This document shows, in pieces, positions 51,963 through 61,784 of a stretch of 64,000 nt of DNA. Below the pieces are notes generated by a model. It ran no database searches. It had not been told where the DNA came from and saw only the letters and a list, made by a program, of their open reading frames with translations. Source of the stretch: Methanotrichaceae archaeon (GTDB lineage Archaea > Halobacteriota > Methanosarcinia > Methanotrichales > Methanotrichaceae); assembly GCA_963813075.1 (NCBI GenBank), contig CAWEXU010000009.1:1-64000 (forward strand), given 5' to 3'. Position 1 is the stretch's first letter. Every line of letters starts with the position of its first letter. A program made the translations under genes and the position numbers.

Positions 51963-53843
51963 TCACTCACCGCCCTCGACCGTCCAGATCCTCCCATAGT
52001 TGCTGGGGATGCTGATCTCCCTCCACTCCTCCGCCTTTGCCCTGAAGCTATCCTCGCCATGAATCTCCTCAAAGTAATCGCCTCCCAGCGGGAAGGGGAA
52101 GCTGGCCTTCTGATCGCTATCTGTGAAGTTGAGAGCCACCAGGCTGAAAGCGTTCCCAGCCCGCCGGGAGAAGAGCAGCAATCCACGGGACTGGTAATTA
52201 TCCGGATCATCATAAAACCAGTGATCTCCCCTCAGGAACTGCTCATTCCTTCTTAGCTTCATCAGCCTTCTGGTCAGCCAGATGGTCCTCTTTCCGATGG
52301 GATCGTAGAAGTAGTCCCACCTCATGGGCCGGAACATCACCACCCTCCCCATTCCGCTCTCCGGGACGAAGTAGTTCTCGCACAGCTCCTGCCCCTGCCA
52401 GATCAGGGGAATTCCCCTGGCAGTCATGATCGCTATCAGATAGGGCTGGACTTTGTACCAGAGGCTCCTGTCCCCCTCTTTAAGAAGATCGTTGTCATCC
52501 CTGGTGATGGTGCGGAAGTTGCAGACAAAGCGGTAGTGATCATGGTTCTCGATATACTGCAGGGCGCTCTTCTGAATGGTATCCTCATTGATCTTCACCT
52601 CAGCCGGATATCCCAAAAGGCCTAGCCTGTGGCCAAGATAGGTCAGACGGCCACCTAACTTTCCGGCCTCAGCTTTAGCCACATCCCTGGCGGCATCGAA
52701 GGTCTGGTTCTGCCAGGTGCTGCTGCTGTAGGTCTTCTCCAGCACCTCCACCGGCCCCTCCAGCTGCTCCGCACACTGGATGAGGCGGATCTCATCACCC
52801 TGGAAGAACCTCTGCCAGTAGTCCATAGATCCACTCATTCCTTTGACCAGCTGATAGGTCTGGTAGACCAGATTGGCATAACCCAGCCCTGCGGGGCCGT
52901 CCCAGTAGTTGGGAACGCAGTCGTACCTGAATCCATCCACGTGATAGGTTTTAAGCCAGTGATGATTAACTGTAAAGAAGAAGTCACGGGTTATGGCCCG
53001 GCCAAAGTCGGTGCTCTCTCCATACATATTACTGGCGAAGGCCCCCAGAAACGGATTCTCCCCAAAGCCCATCTCCCGGTAGAGGTAAGAATAGGGAAAG
53101 AGGCTGTCCGTATGGCCGTAGACCATATCCAGGATCACCGCGATTCCTTTCCGATGAGCGGTGTCGATCAGTCTCTGCATATCTCTTCTCTTGCCGAACC
53201 TCTCGTCCACGCCAAAGTATCCAATGGGGAGGAATCCCCAATCTGCAGTGTTAGCGATATTGGTTACCGGCATGATCTCGATGCAGTTGACTCCCAGGTC
53301 CTGCAGGTATTCCAGGTGGCGGGTGGCGGTCTTCATATCCCCGCCGAACTCGTTGATCATCAGCTCATAGATGACAAGCTCCTCTTGCCTGGGAGTCCTC
53401 CATAGCTCCTCCTCATCGCTCCAGAGATGGGGCTCATAGCCCAGGGTGAAGGCGGAGAGCTTTCCGATGCCAAACTCCCGGGCATATGGGTCTATGATCC
53501 AGTCGATCGGCTCCTTATTCCTCCTTTCCAGAAAGTAGCGGTAGACATACCTGCCCGGCTTTCCCCAGGCGGATTTCTTATGGGGCTTTCCGGAGGTGTC
53601 TATCTCCACCTGGCCATGCCAGTACTCTCCATATTTGGGGTCAGTTGAGCATTCCAATTCAAAGAGCTTTGCCGGGATATCCTGCAGGAACTGGTCCTGC
53701 TCATGGATTACCTTGACCGAGATGCGATTGCCATCGTCTTTCGATACCCAGGGAAAGAAGACCCCGAAGTCTGCTATGCCCTCAGGCGTGCAACGAGCCC
53801 CCAACTTTTCCAGTGGCATTAGATCCATCGTCAAACTCTCCAT
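51963..53843 (-). CDS. GH13 alpha-amylase family glycoside hydrolase (branching-enzyme/TreZ-like)
   Basis: DPYAR, VIYEL, LGVNCIEIMP, VILDMVYGH, VDGFRYD, AE, ENHD. Confidence 0.9.
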   Translation of the reverse strand: MESLTMDLMPLEKLGARCTPEGIADFGVFFPWVSKDDGNRISVKVIHEQDQFLQDIPAKLFELECSTDPKYGEYWHGQVEIDTSGKPHKKSAWGKPGRYVYRYFLERRNKEPIDWIIDPYAREFGIGKLSAFTLGYEPHLWSDEEELWRTPRQEELVIYELMINEFGGDMKTATRHLEYLQDLGVNCIEIMPVTNIANTADWGFLPIGYFGVDERFGKRRDMQRLIDTAHRKGIAVILDMVYGHTDSLFPYSYLYREMGFGENPFLGAFASNMYGESTDFGRAITRDFFFTVNHHWLKTYHVDGFRYDCVPNYWDGPAGLGYANLVYQTYQLVKGMSGSMDYWQRFFQGDEIRLIQCAEQLEGPVEVLEKTYSSSTWQNQTFDAARDVAKAEAGKLGGRLTYLGHRLGLLGYPAEVKINEDTIQKSALQYIENHDHYRFVCNFRTITRDDNDLLKEGDRSLWYKVQPYLIAIMTARGIPLIWQGQELCENYFVPESGMGRVVMFRPMRWDYFYDPIGKRTIWLTRRLMKLRRNEQFLRGDHWFYDDPDNYQSRGLLLFSRRAGNAFSLVALNFTDSDQKASFPFPLGGDYFEEIHGEDSFRAKAEEWREISIPSNYGRIWTVEGGE

Positions 53844-54068
53844 TGAATCGAAGAATGAGCCCCTTTGAACTGCCAGCTAAAAAGCAAACAAGACCTTCTG
53901 CAAGAGACTCAAATAGTAAATAGAATTAGGCAGTTATTCTAGATAAAGATTATGAATAGATAAATATGTGAATAATATGCGAATAATATGCGAACAGGTG
54001 AATTTGCATTGAAAACGGATATCGAGGATCACAGATATATCCTATAGACGATACAAACCTCTGCACCC

Positions 54069-54647
54069 ATGTACAACATGATAGTCTGCGGCATCTTTCA
54101 AAAGGAGATTGAAGCACTGAAAGAAGAGCTGGGCTTTCCCTTCAGGGCTAGCTACCTGAGCCCCGGACTCCATGTGGACTTCGACGAGCTCAGGCAGGCT
54201 CTCGATAAAGAGCTGAAGAGTGCCGATCAATCCGGCTCACAGGGCATAATTGTGATTTATGGCCAGTGCCACCCTAAAATAGATGAGGTCCTGAAACCCT
54301 ACCCTGCCGCTCTCATCAAATGCCAGAACTGCGTGGATGCCTTGATCACCCGCAAGGCGGTGGAGAACAAGGCTCGTGAGGGTCTTTTCTTCTACCTCTC
54401 CCCAGGCTGGCTGGATGCCTGGCGGGATATATTCAACCGCCTGGGATGGGATGCGGAGACTGCCCGCATGCAGATGGGCTCATTTAAGGGATCGATCTAC
54501 ATGGATACATTAAAGGATGCTCCAAGGAGAGAGAACGAGCTCCTGGAGTTCTTCGATTTCACCAACCTTCCCTTTACCATCATGCCCGTGGAGCTGGACC
54601 ACTTCAAATCGCTGATCATTGAGGCTAAAGAGAGCTTGGAGGATTGA
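54069..54647 (+). CDS. DUF1638 family protein
   Basis: IVCG, PGLH, YGQC, NCVDALI, FYLSPGW. Confidence 0.8.
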   Translation: MYNMIVCGIFQKEIEALKEELGFPFRASYLSPGLHVDFDELRQALDKELKSADQSGSQGIIVIYGQCHPKIDEVLKPYPAALIKCQNCVDALITRKAVENKAREGLFFYLSPGWLDAWRDIFNRLGWDAETARMQMGSFKGSIYMDTLKDAPRRENELLEFFDFTNLPFTIMPVELDHFKSLIIEAKESLED

Positions 54648-55057
54648 GCTTGGACGAGCTGGAAGAGATTAAGAAAAAGAAAATGGAGAAGATGATGAAA
54701 GAGATGAATAAGCCCGATGAACCGGCAATAGAGCTGCCAGAAAAGCCAGTGGTAGTCACAGATGCAACCGTGGATGCCGCTGCAAGCCAGTATCCCCTTT
54801 TCATACTGGATTGCTGGGCGGAATGGTGCGGCCCCTGCCGCATGATCGGTCCGATAATTGAGCAGCTGGCCGTGGAGATGAAGGGCAAGGTGGTCTTTGG
54901 CAAGCTGAATGTGGACGAGAACCCTCAGACGGCAAATAAGTACAGGATATCAGCCATTCCCACGATGATGGTCTTTAAGGATGGAAAGCTCATTGACAAG
55001 CTTGTAGGCGCTTATCCCAAGCCCTCATTGGTGGCAAAGATTCAAAAGTACCTCTGA
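54644..55057 (+). CDS. trxA: Thioredoxin
   Basis: [20 protein letters not shown]. Confidence 0.95.
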   Translation: MSLDELEEIKKKKMEKMMKEMNKPDEPAIELPEKPVVVTDATVDAAASQYPLFILDCWAEWCGPCRMIGPIIEQLAVEMKGKVVFGKLNVDENPQTANKYRISAIPTMMVFKDGKLIDKLVGAYPKPSLVAKIQKYL

Positions 55058-55170
55058 AGGTCTCCCCTGGGAGGTCTTCTCGGATCTGTTTTTTTAAGAC
55101 ATCAGGGCATCAATAATACAAGATCCGTCATACATGCGCCATCATACATGCCCCGGCATACATGCCGCAT

Positions 55171-55656
55171 TTAAGGGATGCTGTTCGGGAGCATGATAAC
55201 CGGATATCCGGTGATATTGTAGACCTCTCGATTGGAGAGATTATCCGGAGCCTGGTATGCGGATTTAGTTCTCCTGTACTGATTCTGGCTGAAGAGCGGG
55301 GTGTAGATATCGGAATTGGCAGTAAATATGGAGACATCTCCCCGGCGCTGGCTAAGGATGAAGACCGGCTTTGATTCGAGGCCGATATCGATACCGCCCT
55401 TAGGGATGCTGGCATTTCCTCCCAATGCCTTTGAAGCTCTGGCGCTCTCCCATCCGGCGCGCAGAACCCTGCCCGATCTTGTGGCATTCTGAGATGCATT
55501 AGCGGGGATGTCTCCCGTAGCATTCAATGTGATGTTAGGTGTTATATTGGCAGTGATGTTCTCGCTACTGCCCTGCGCTTCATCTGCATAAGCCAGAGAT
55601 GCATAAGCCAGGAGGATTACAAGAGCCTTCACCAGGCCAAAGACGGTATACTTCAT
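55171..55656 (-). CDS. Secreted hypothetical protein
   Basis: Signal peptide; NIT/NAT sequon-rich N-terminus. Confidence 0.7.
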   Translation of the reverse strand: MKYTVFGLVKALVILLAYASLAYADEAQGSSENITANITPNITLNATGDIPANASQNATRSGRVLRAGWESARASKALGGNASIPKGGIDIGLESKPVFILSQRRGDVSIFTANSDIYTPLFSQNQYRRTKSAYQAPDNLSNREVYNITGYPVIMLPNSIP

Positions 55657-55669
55657 AGCTCGCCCCGTT

Positions 55670-56824
55670 CTAACCTCTCAAATGAGTTCTGCCCCTCATT
55701 CTCCGGAAGAGGATTATGGCCAGCATTGCCCCTGCTGCAATACCTGCTGGAAGCCCTGAGCTCTCTATCTCGGGGACGTTCCTGATTACGGGCTTGGCCT
55801 CGATGATGTTCTCCTCCAGGTCTATGATGCCACCATCCTGCCCGATCAGGGCGGTTTGCAGCTGATAGACCCCTTCCTCAAGGGTGGAGTTCCAGGTGAT
55901 CTCCACCGTCTCATCGTCCCCGGAGAGAAGAACGGGAGTCTTCTTCTCGGTGATATTCAGGACCTCACCCCTTTGAGAGAGAGTGAACCTGAGGGACCCC
56001 TCAAAGGGAACCCGGGAGTCGCCCATGACGGTAGCGCTGGCCCCGGTCTCATCCTGATAGGTCTCAGTTATCTGGGCGTCCTCGACCGCCATAAAGGAGC
56101 TCATAAAAGCCCGGGTCTGATTGTGGTTCAGCTCCACGATCTTGACCCGGCCCTCATATGTCCGGCCGTTCTCCAGAATAGGCTTCCATTCGTAGTCCTT
56201 CTGAATGGCCATGGACATGATTCCTGAGATGGGCACTGCCCTCTCTCGGGTTACATACAACGCTCGATCTCCCTGGACCAGCATGTAATAGATGTCCACA
56301 ATGGTCGGATCGCTGGCGCTTATCGCCATATGAAGGCCGCGGGAGTCGGCACGAAAATCGCGCACATCAAACCTTACCGGCTCAACACCGCCATAATAGA
56401 AGCGGTAGCACCTCTGGGACTGGACCGCATCCTTGACCTCGCCCGCATCATCCCTGCTATCCCTGCTATCTATGCTATCCATGCTATCTATGCTATCCAT
56501 GCTATCCATGCTATTGTCCTCAGTCCCATCACCTCGCAGCGTAGCGCAGGCTGAATAGCTTCCCTTGTCAAGATCGAGCCTGGGCCAGCGCACGACATAG
56601 GTGCCCGGGCCATCGACATCCAGTCTTCTGGTATTCAGAACCTTGTTATCCTGGATCAGATCCATCTGAAGAACCCCTTCACCTCTTCCCGCCAGGGTAA
56701 CATCGGCGGAGTCAATATTGGAGTAGAGGCTATAGATCTCTATGGACTGAGCGTTCACGGCCAGGGCCATCAGTAGGACGAATGCCGCAAGACTTCGGAT
56801 AGAACAGATAGAGCATATTCTCAT
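55670..56824 (-). CDS. Cell-surface protein with a C-terminal membrane anchor
   Basis: Signal peptide; C-terminal TM segment followed by RRMR. Confidence 0.75.
   Translation of the reverse strand: MRICSICSIRSLAAFVLLMALAVNAQSIEIYSLYSNIDSADVTLAGRGEGVLQMDLIQDNKVLNTRRLDVDGPGTYVVRWPRLDLDKGSYSACATLRGDGTEDNSMDSMDSIDSMDSIDSRDSRDDAGEVKDAVQSQRCYRFYYGGVEPVRFDVRDFRADSRGLHMAISASDPTIVDIYYMLVQGDRALYVTRERAVPISGIMSMAIQKDYEWKPILENGRTYEGRVKIVELNHNQTRAFMSSFMAVEDAQITETYQDETGASATVMGDSRVPFEGSLRFTLSQRGEVLNITEKKTPVLLSGDDETVEITWNSTLEEGVYQLQTALIGQDGGIIDLEENIIEAKPVIRNVPEIESSGLPAGIAAGAMLAIILFRRMRGRTHLRG
56450..56512. repeat. In-frame 9-bp tandem repeat x7 encoding DS(M/I/R)
   Basis: ATC(C/T)(C/A)TGCT units. Confidence 0.9.
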
Positions 56825-56968
56825 GGGACGAAACCTGCCTCCTAACCTGTCAATTCTGAATGGGTTTAAAACTAACGTATAGAATGCTTTTTCGGAGCAG
56901 GGGCCTGAGGGAGGGCAAAGCCCTCAGAAGCCCTGCCAATGGCATCCAAATGCCTGGCCTCGCAGATA

Positions 56969-58636
56969 TCAGATCGATATCATATGAGTGAACGGCGCGA
57001 TAATGCTTATGAGCAGGCTGGTCAGGATCAGCCAGGTGAATATGGCGACCGTAGTCCTGGTGAGCCTCTCCGCCTTCTCGGGCCGGAACACCCTCTCAAA
57101 GCCGGTCTGCACCAGATCTCTGAAGATATGACCCCCATCCAGGGGACCGGCAGGAAGACAGTTGAAGAGGCCGGCATAAAGGTTGATCCAGCCGATCCAG
57201 AGGAGGAGGTTGGCGATCCAGAAGAACCTCTCACCCAGGGGCTCAGCCCATCCGATCGGCTCGTATACCGAAGTCAGCCAACCGCTGAACCCCGGGAACC
57301 CCTTCTGGGTGAATCCGGGAATTCCAGAGAAGGGCAGGCTGAGCATGTAGGTGAACCCTTCTATGCCATTTTCCGGTATGCTCTTGAGGACCTGGAGGAA
57401 CTGGCTGGCAGGAGCTTCCTGGAAGACGGCTCCCCCGGAGAAGATGGCGTCCCCTGAGATACCGATGCCGATGAAGCCTGTGCCCGCTCCGTCAACCTCC
57501 TCCGCCGGCACCCCTTCTTCCTGGCCAACTGCGGTGGTCAGGTTGACCTGATAGCTCTTGCCGTCTCCGGTGGTGATGGTGATCACCTGGCCGGGGCGGG
57601 TGAGGTTCATCTGGCTTCTGAAGCCCTCGACATTCACCACCTCCTGGCCATCGATCCGGGATATCACGCTCCCCGCGGGGAGGCCGACATCATCGGCAGG
57701 CGAATCGGGAAAGATGGAGGCAACCATGATGCCCCTTTCCGGCTGGCCAGGGAGAAATAGGGTCTCCTTTTGGCCGTTATTCGTGACCACCATCTCCGCC
57801 GTTCCGCTTCCCAGGTTTCGGTAGAGCTCTTCAATTTTTGCCGCATCTATTCCATTTACCTGCAAGAGAGCCATTCCGTTCTCAAAGCCCGCCTCGTCTG
57901 CTCCGGTGCCCTCCCCGACCCCCACTACAATCAGCCTGTCCACGGGGGAAATGGAGCCCAGAACCGGTCCGAAGAATAGGGCCATGGCCAGGGCGGCCAC
58001 CAGGAAGTTGGCGATGACCCCGGCGGAAAGGATCCTGATTCGGGCGGCCTTGCTCACCAGGGGCGGCTTGTCCTTTGTGCCGAAGAGATCCTCATCGTCC
58101 GGCTCCACAAAAGCAGCTATCGGAGCAACGAACAGGGTTACTATACCCATGGACTTGACCCTGACCCCTTCCACCCGGGAGAGGATGCCGTGGGCGAACT
58201 CGTGCACCAGCATAGTGACAAATAGAGCGATCCAACCCCAGAAAAAGGGTATATACTCGTTAAGGCCGGGGATGAGAAGGATATTTCTCGGCGCATTGTA
58301 GCTGCTGGGCTCGGGCGGAGAGAGGATCATCAAGTAGGTCATGAGCAGTACGAGGATCAAAAAGTAGATCATGCTCAAGACGACCAGCGGTATTCCAATG
58401 GAGACGACAACCCTCCAAAACCTCTTGGGGCGGCTGAGAGTATCAAGCAGCTTCAGCCCTTTAGTTGTCCGCAGGAATATGAGGAGCGGAATTCCGGATA
58501 ATCCTCCCACGGTCACTCCTCTTTTCCGCCATGCTTCGCTATCCCTCAATGGGAGTAATAGAATAGAATACAGGCCTATCAGCGCCGCTGCGATAAGCAT
58601 CCAATCTGCGAATTCCAGCTGTAAATCGAAGATCAA
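56969..58636 (-). CDS. Site-2 (M50) membrane metalloprotease with PDZ domains
   Basis: HEFAH, AFVEPD, NCLPAGPLDGG, two PDZ-like segments. Confidence 0.93.
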   Translation of the reverse strand: MIFDLQLEFADWMLIAAALIGLYSILLLPLRDSEAWRKRGVTVGGLSGIPLLIFLRTTKGLKLLDTLSRPKRFWRVVVSIGIPLVVLSMIYFLILVLLMTYLMILSPPEPSSYNAPRNILLIPGLNEYIPFFWGWIALFVTMLVHEFAHGILSRVEGVRVKSMGIVTLFVAPIAAFVEPDDEDLFGTKDKPPLVSKAARIRILSAGVIANFLVAALAMALFFGPVLGSISPVDRLIVVGVGEGTGADEAGFENGMALLQVNGIDAAKIEELYRNLGSGTAEMVVTNNGQKETLFLPGQPERGIMVASIFPDSPADDVGLPAGSVISRIDGQEVVNVEGFRSQMNLTRPGQVITITTGDGKSYQVNLTTAVGQEEGVPAEEVDGAGTGFIGIGISGDAIFSGGAVFQEAPASQFLQVLKSIPENGIEGFTYMLSLPFSGIPGFTQKGFPGFSGWLTSVYEPIGWAEPLGERFFWIANLLLWIGWINLYAGLFNCLPAGPLDGGHIFRDLVQTGFERVFRPEKAERLTRTTVAIFTWLILTSLLISIIAPFTHMISI

Positions 58637-58693
58637 GACTTCAGCCTCATATGGTCAATCTTACATCTTAATATAAAAGTTGAGAAGTGAGCC

Positions 58694-59236
58694 TTAGAGC
58701 AATCCCTGCTCCTTCAGCTCCATCTTGGCCAGTTCCTCGTGCTTTCTCTCCAGGAAGCTGTAGACATTGCCATGAGGCGCACCATCCAGGAGCATCTCGA
58801 TAGCCGATCGGGCCACTCTGATCTGCTCGGGGTAGCCGAGGATGGCTACCGTCTTGCCATAGACTGAGACCTTGGTGCCCGAGAGCCGCTCCATTATCTC
58901 CCGCGACCTTCCATCCTTGCCTATGATGCGCCCTTTCAGCCGTTCCATATCGCTTCTGGTGCCTGCCGTCTTGGATATATCGAGAACATCGAGCATCAGC
59001 ATCTCGTCATCCAGTATTACCAGCGCCCGCTCCGGCGAGAAACCTCTGCCAATAGCCTTAACCAGGTCCATGACCCTCAATACCTGCAATGGATCTTCTA
59101 TGGAATTGACAGAAACCGTACCCGTCTCGCTGTCTATCTCCAGAGAGGTCTTTGTCTTCTCTTCTATGAATTGCTTCATGGAACCGTTGGGGCCCACCAG
59201 CACTCCTATCCGTTCTTCTGGGATCTTTATATCCAT
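58694..59236 (-). CDS. KH-domain pre-rRNA processing protein (Dim2/Pno1-like)
   Basis: RIGVLVGPNG, AIGRGFSPE, GRIIGKDG, GAPHGNVY. Confidence 0.92.
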   Translation of the reverse strand: MDIKIPEERIGVLVGPNGSMKQFIEEKTKTSLEIDSETGTVSVNSIEDPLQVLRVMDLVKAIGRGFSPERALVILDDEMLMLDVLDISKTAGTRSDMERLKGRIIGKDGRSREIMERLSGTKVSVYGKTVAILGYPEQIRVARSAIEMLLDGAPHGNVYSFLERKHEELAKMELKEQGLL

Positions 59237-59238
59237 TG

Positions 59239-60078
59239 TCAGTCTCCTATATCTTGATCTGCTACTCTCTCTTGATTTGGGTCTTCGCTCTCTTTTATCT
59301 TTTCAGCTTTATCCTTCTCGATCCGGGCATAGATCTCCTCGGATGAGCCTATGGAATACTTTTTTTGAAAATAATGGACGATATTGGCAACGTCGCGCTC
59401 CAGGAACCTTCTGGCCATGGGATGGTCCAGGGTGACTGATTGTCCCATATCGATTATCACCGGCTCGCCATCATCGTAGAGGATATTAAACTCGCTCAGG
59501 TCGGCATGAACCAGACCGGCCTGATTATAGAGCAGGGACATGTATTCTACGATCTTCTGGTAGATGCGCTCGGCCTCTATGGATTCCAGCTCGACATCCT
59601 TCAGAGGGGGTGCAACATGATCTCCCGCGCCGACCAGGTCCATCACCAGAATATTCTCTTTCATAGCGATGGCATGGGGCACCCGCACACCAACCTCTTC
59701 GGCCCGCAGGAGGTTGCGGTACTCCTTGCGGGTCCAGGCGGCGACGATAGCTCTTTTCGTGCCCTTGACGCTTCCAAATCTCGGATCGCCATGCAGGTAA
59801 TCCTGCATCACATTGAAGTTGCTGGTAGAAATGCGATAGATCTTGAGGGCAAGCTCTTTGCTGCCCACCAGAGCCCGGAATATATTTGCCTCTTTTCCGG
59901 TGCAGATGGACCCTCCAAGGGCATCGATGACCCCCTTGCTGGCCATGCTGTAAAGGTCCATCAGGGTTCGCTTGTCAAAGACTGCATCCTGGACATTCTG
60001 GTCATCGGAGTTTTTGATCCTGGTACGAAGAACATCAACGCGGGTATCAAAATCTTCATCCTTGCTGCGCCTGCTCAT
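59239..60078 (-). CDS. rio1: RIO1 serine/threonine kinase
   Basis: TGKEANIF, KIYR, VHADLSEFNIL, IIDMGQSV. Confidence 0.95.
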   Translation of the reverse strand: MSRRSKDEDFDTRVDVLRTRIKNSDDQNVQDAVFDKRTLMDLYSMASKGVIDALGGSICTGKEANIFRALVGSKELALKIYRISTSNFNVMQDYLHGDPRFGSVKGTKRAIVAAWTRKEYRNLLRAEEVGVRVPHAIAMKENILVMDLVGAGDHVAPPLKDVELESIEAERIYQKIVEYMSLLYNQAGLVHADLSEFNILYDDGEPVIIDMGQSVTLDHPMARRFLERDVANIVHYFQKKYSIGSSEEIYARIEKDKAEKIKESEDPNQERVADQDIGD

Positions 60079-60094
60079 GATTTGTCTATCCGGC

Positions 60095-60415
60095 CTATGA
60101 AGAGCCCTTCAGAAAACCTTTGCGCTGCAGCCAGTCCACCTGGGGGCCGGTGTATCTCCAGACCACATCCGCCTTCTCATTCTGGAACTCCCAGGGGATG
60201 ATTATGACCACGTCGCCCTCTCGGATCCAGATCCTCTTCTTCATCTTTCCCGGTATGCGGGCCATCCTGGTTACGCCATCCAGGCCTCTTACCTTGATGC
60301 GATTGGAGCCAAGCAGGCTTTCCACATGACCGAATATCTCTCTATCCTGTTTGCGGGGGAGGCGAACCCTGGTTATTACTGCTCCTTCCTCCGCACCATG
60401 ACCTCTATTGTACAG
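60095..60415 (-). CDS. eif1a: Translation initiation factor aIF-1A (probable CTG start)
   Basis: [33 protein letters not shown]; the open frame extends 30 codons above the track's GTG. Confidence 0.93.
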   Translation of the reverse strand: MYNRGHGAEEGAVITRVRLPRKQDREIFGHVESLLGSNRIKVRGLDGVTRMARIPGKMKKRIWIREGDVVIIIPWEFQNEKADVVWRYTGPQVDWLQRKGFLKGSS

Positions 60416-60595
60416 CTTATCACCTCAAATAATAATTGCAGATTTTTGATTAGATGCCGGATCGATTGGGACCGTCCGCAGGATTGAATCGCTATCTGGC
60501 CCATTTGCAGCCAGAATCGCCTGATCCCGCGTCCCGCACATCTCAGTTGAAAATGGCGCTTAAATAGTTAAAGCTTGTGTCGATCCAAATCCTAA

Positions 60596-60669
60596 TGGGC
60601 CCGACGCGATTCGAACGCGTGATCCCCGCCGTGTGAAGGCGATGTCATAACCAGCTAGACCACAGGCCC
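60596..60669 (-). tRNA. tRNA-Val(CAC)
   Basis: Cloverleaf with acceptor stem GGGCCTG/CGGGCCC, anticodon arm TCGCC-TTCACAC-GGCGG, T-loop TTCGAAT. Confidence 0.95.
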
Positions 60670-60791
60670 TCGGAGAAAGGAAGTAAGGCATCAGATATTA
60701 GTATCTTGCCCTAGGAGGAAAATCCCCGAGCCGATTTTAGGGCTAAACCTGGGAATTATTTAAATACTAATTCGCGAGCTTAATTAAATGA

Positions 60792-61571
60792 ATGAGTCAG
60801 ATCTTCAGAAATCCTGTTTATCTCCTGTACGAGCGGCTGCTCAAGGCTCAGATCCTGGCCGGAGCGCCGGTGGAGCATGTGGCGATAATTCAGGATGGAA
60901 ACCGCAGGTATGCCAGGCAGAAGGGTCTCTCGAAACTTATTGGCCACAGTCTGGGAGCGGAGACCTCAGAGAAGGTATCGGACTGGTGCCTGGAGATGGG
61001 GGTGCGGCATCTGACCCTCTATGCCTTTTCCACGGAGAACTTCACCCGGGAGGAGTCGGAGAAGCGATACCTGTTCGATTTAATAAAAAAGAAGTTCAAT
61101 GACCTGAAAAACTCAAAGAAAATTCACAACAATAAGGTCCGGGTGCGGGCTATAGGCAGGCTGGAGATGCTGCCCGAGGACCTGCGAGAAGAGATCCGCT
61201 CAACCGAGGAAGCGACAAAGGATTACGGGAGGATGTATCTGAATGTGGCCCTGGCTTATGGCGGCCAGAGGGAGCTGGTGGATGCAGCCCGCTCTTTAGC
61301 CCGCCTGGTGGAGAAAGGTGTGATCAGGGCAAAGGATTGCAACGAGCAGGTCATCGCCCAGCACCTCTATCCTCAAAACGGAATTCCCGTACCCAAAGTC
61401 AATCTGATCATCAGGACGGCAGGGGATTTTCGCACCTCGAACTTTCTCCCCTGGCAGGCCAATGGCAATGAATGCGCCGCCTACTTTTGCGCTCCTTTTT
61501 GGCCGGAGTTCCGGAAGATCGACTTTCTGCGGGCTATCAGGACCGCCCAGACCAGGACATCATGCCAATAA
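60792..61571 (+). CDS. uppS: cis-prenyltransferase (undecaprenyl/polyprenyl diphosphate synthase)
   Basis: IIQDGNRRYA, YAFSTENF, LAYGGQ, IIRTAG..RTSNFLPWQ. Confidence 0.95.
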   Translation: MSQIFRNPVYLLYERLLKAQILAGAPVEHVAIIQDGNRRYARQKGLSKLIGHSLGAETSEKVSDWCLEMGVRHLTLYAFSTENFTREESEKRYLFDLIKKKFNDLKNSKKIHNNKVRVRAIGRLEMLPEDLREEIRSTEEATKDYGRMYLNVALAYGGQRELVDAARSLARLVEKGVIRAKDCNEQVIAQHLYPQNGIPVPKVNLIIRTAGDFRTSNFLPWQANGNECAAYFCAPFWPEFRKIDFLRAIRTAQTRTSCQ

Positions 61572-61608
61572 GCTTAATAACCTGAAGCATGCCATGAGGG
61601 ATGTTCTT

Positions 61609-61698
61609 GTCCCGATGGGGTAGTGGATATCCCGGAGGCCTGCGGAGCATCTTTCGCGCAGAGAGCCTTCAACCCGGGTTCGAATCCCGGTCGGGACG
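61609..61698 (+). tRNA. tRNA-Arg(GCG) with an 18-nt intron at 37/38 (61646-61663)
   Basis: Acceptor stem GTCCCGA/TCGGGAC, anticodon at 61642-61644, bulge-helix-bulge GGA / CTGC:GCAG / AGA. Confidence 0.93.
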
Positions 61699-61784
61699 CT
61701 CTCTTATAGAATTTCTACTGCCCCATTTCCAGGGATGCAGATAGGGCGATAGTTTAATACCGAGAAATGCCCAGGGGCTTATCG

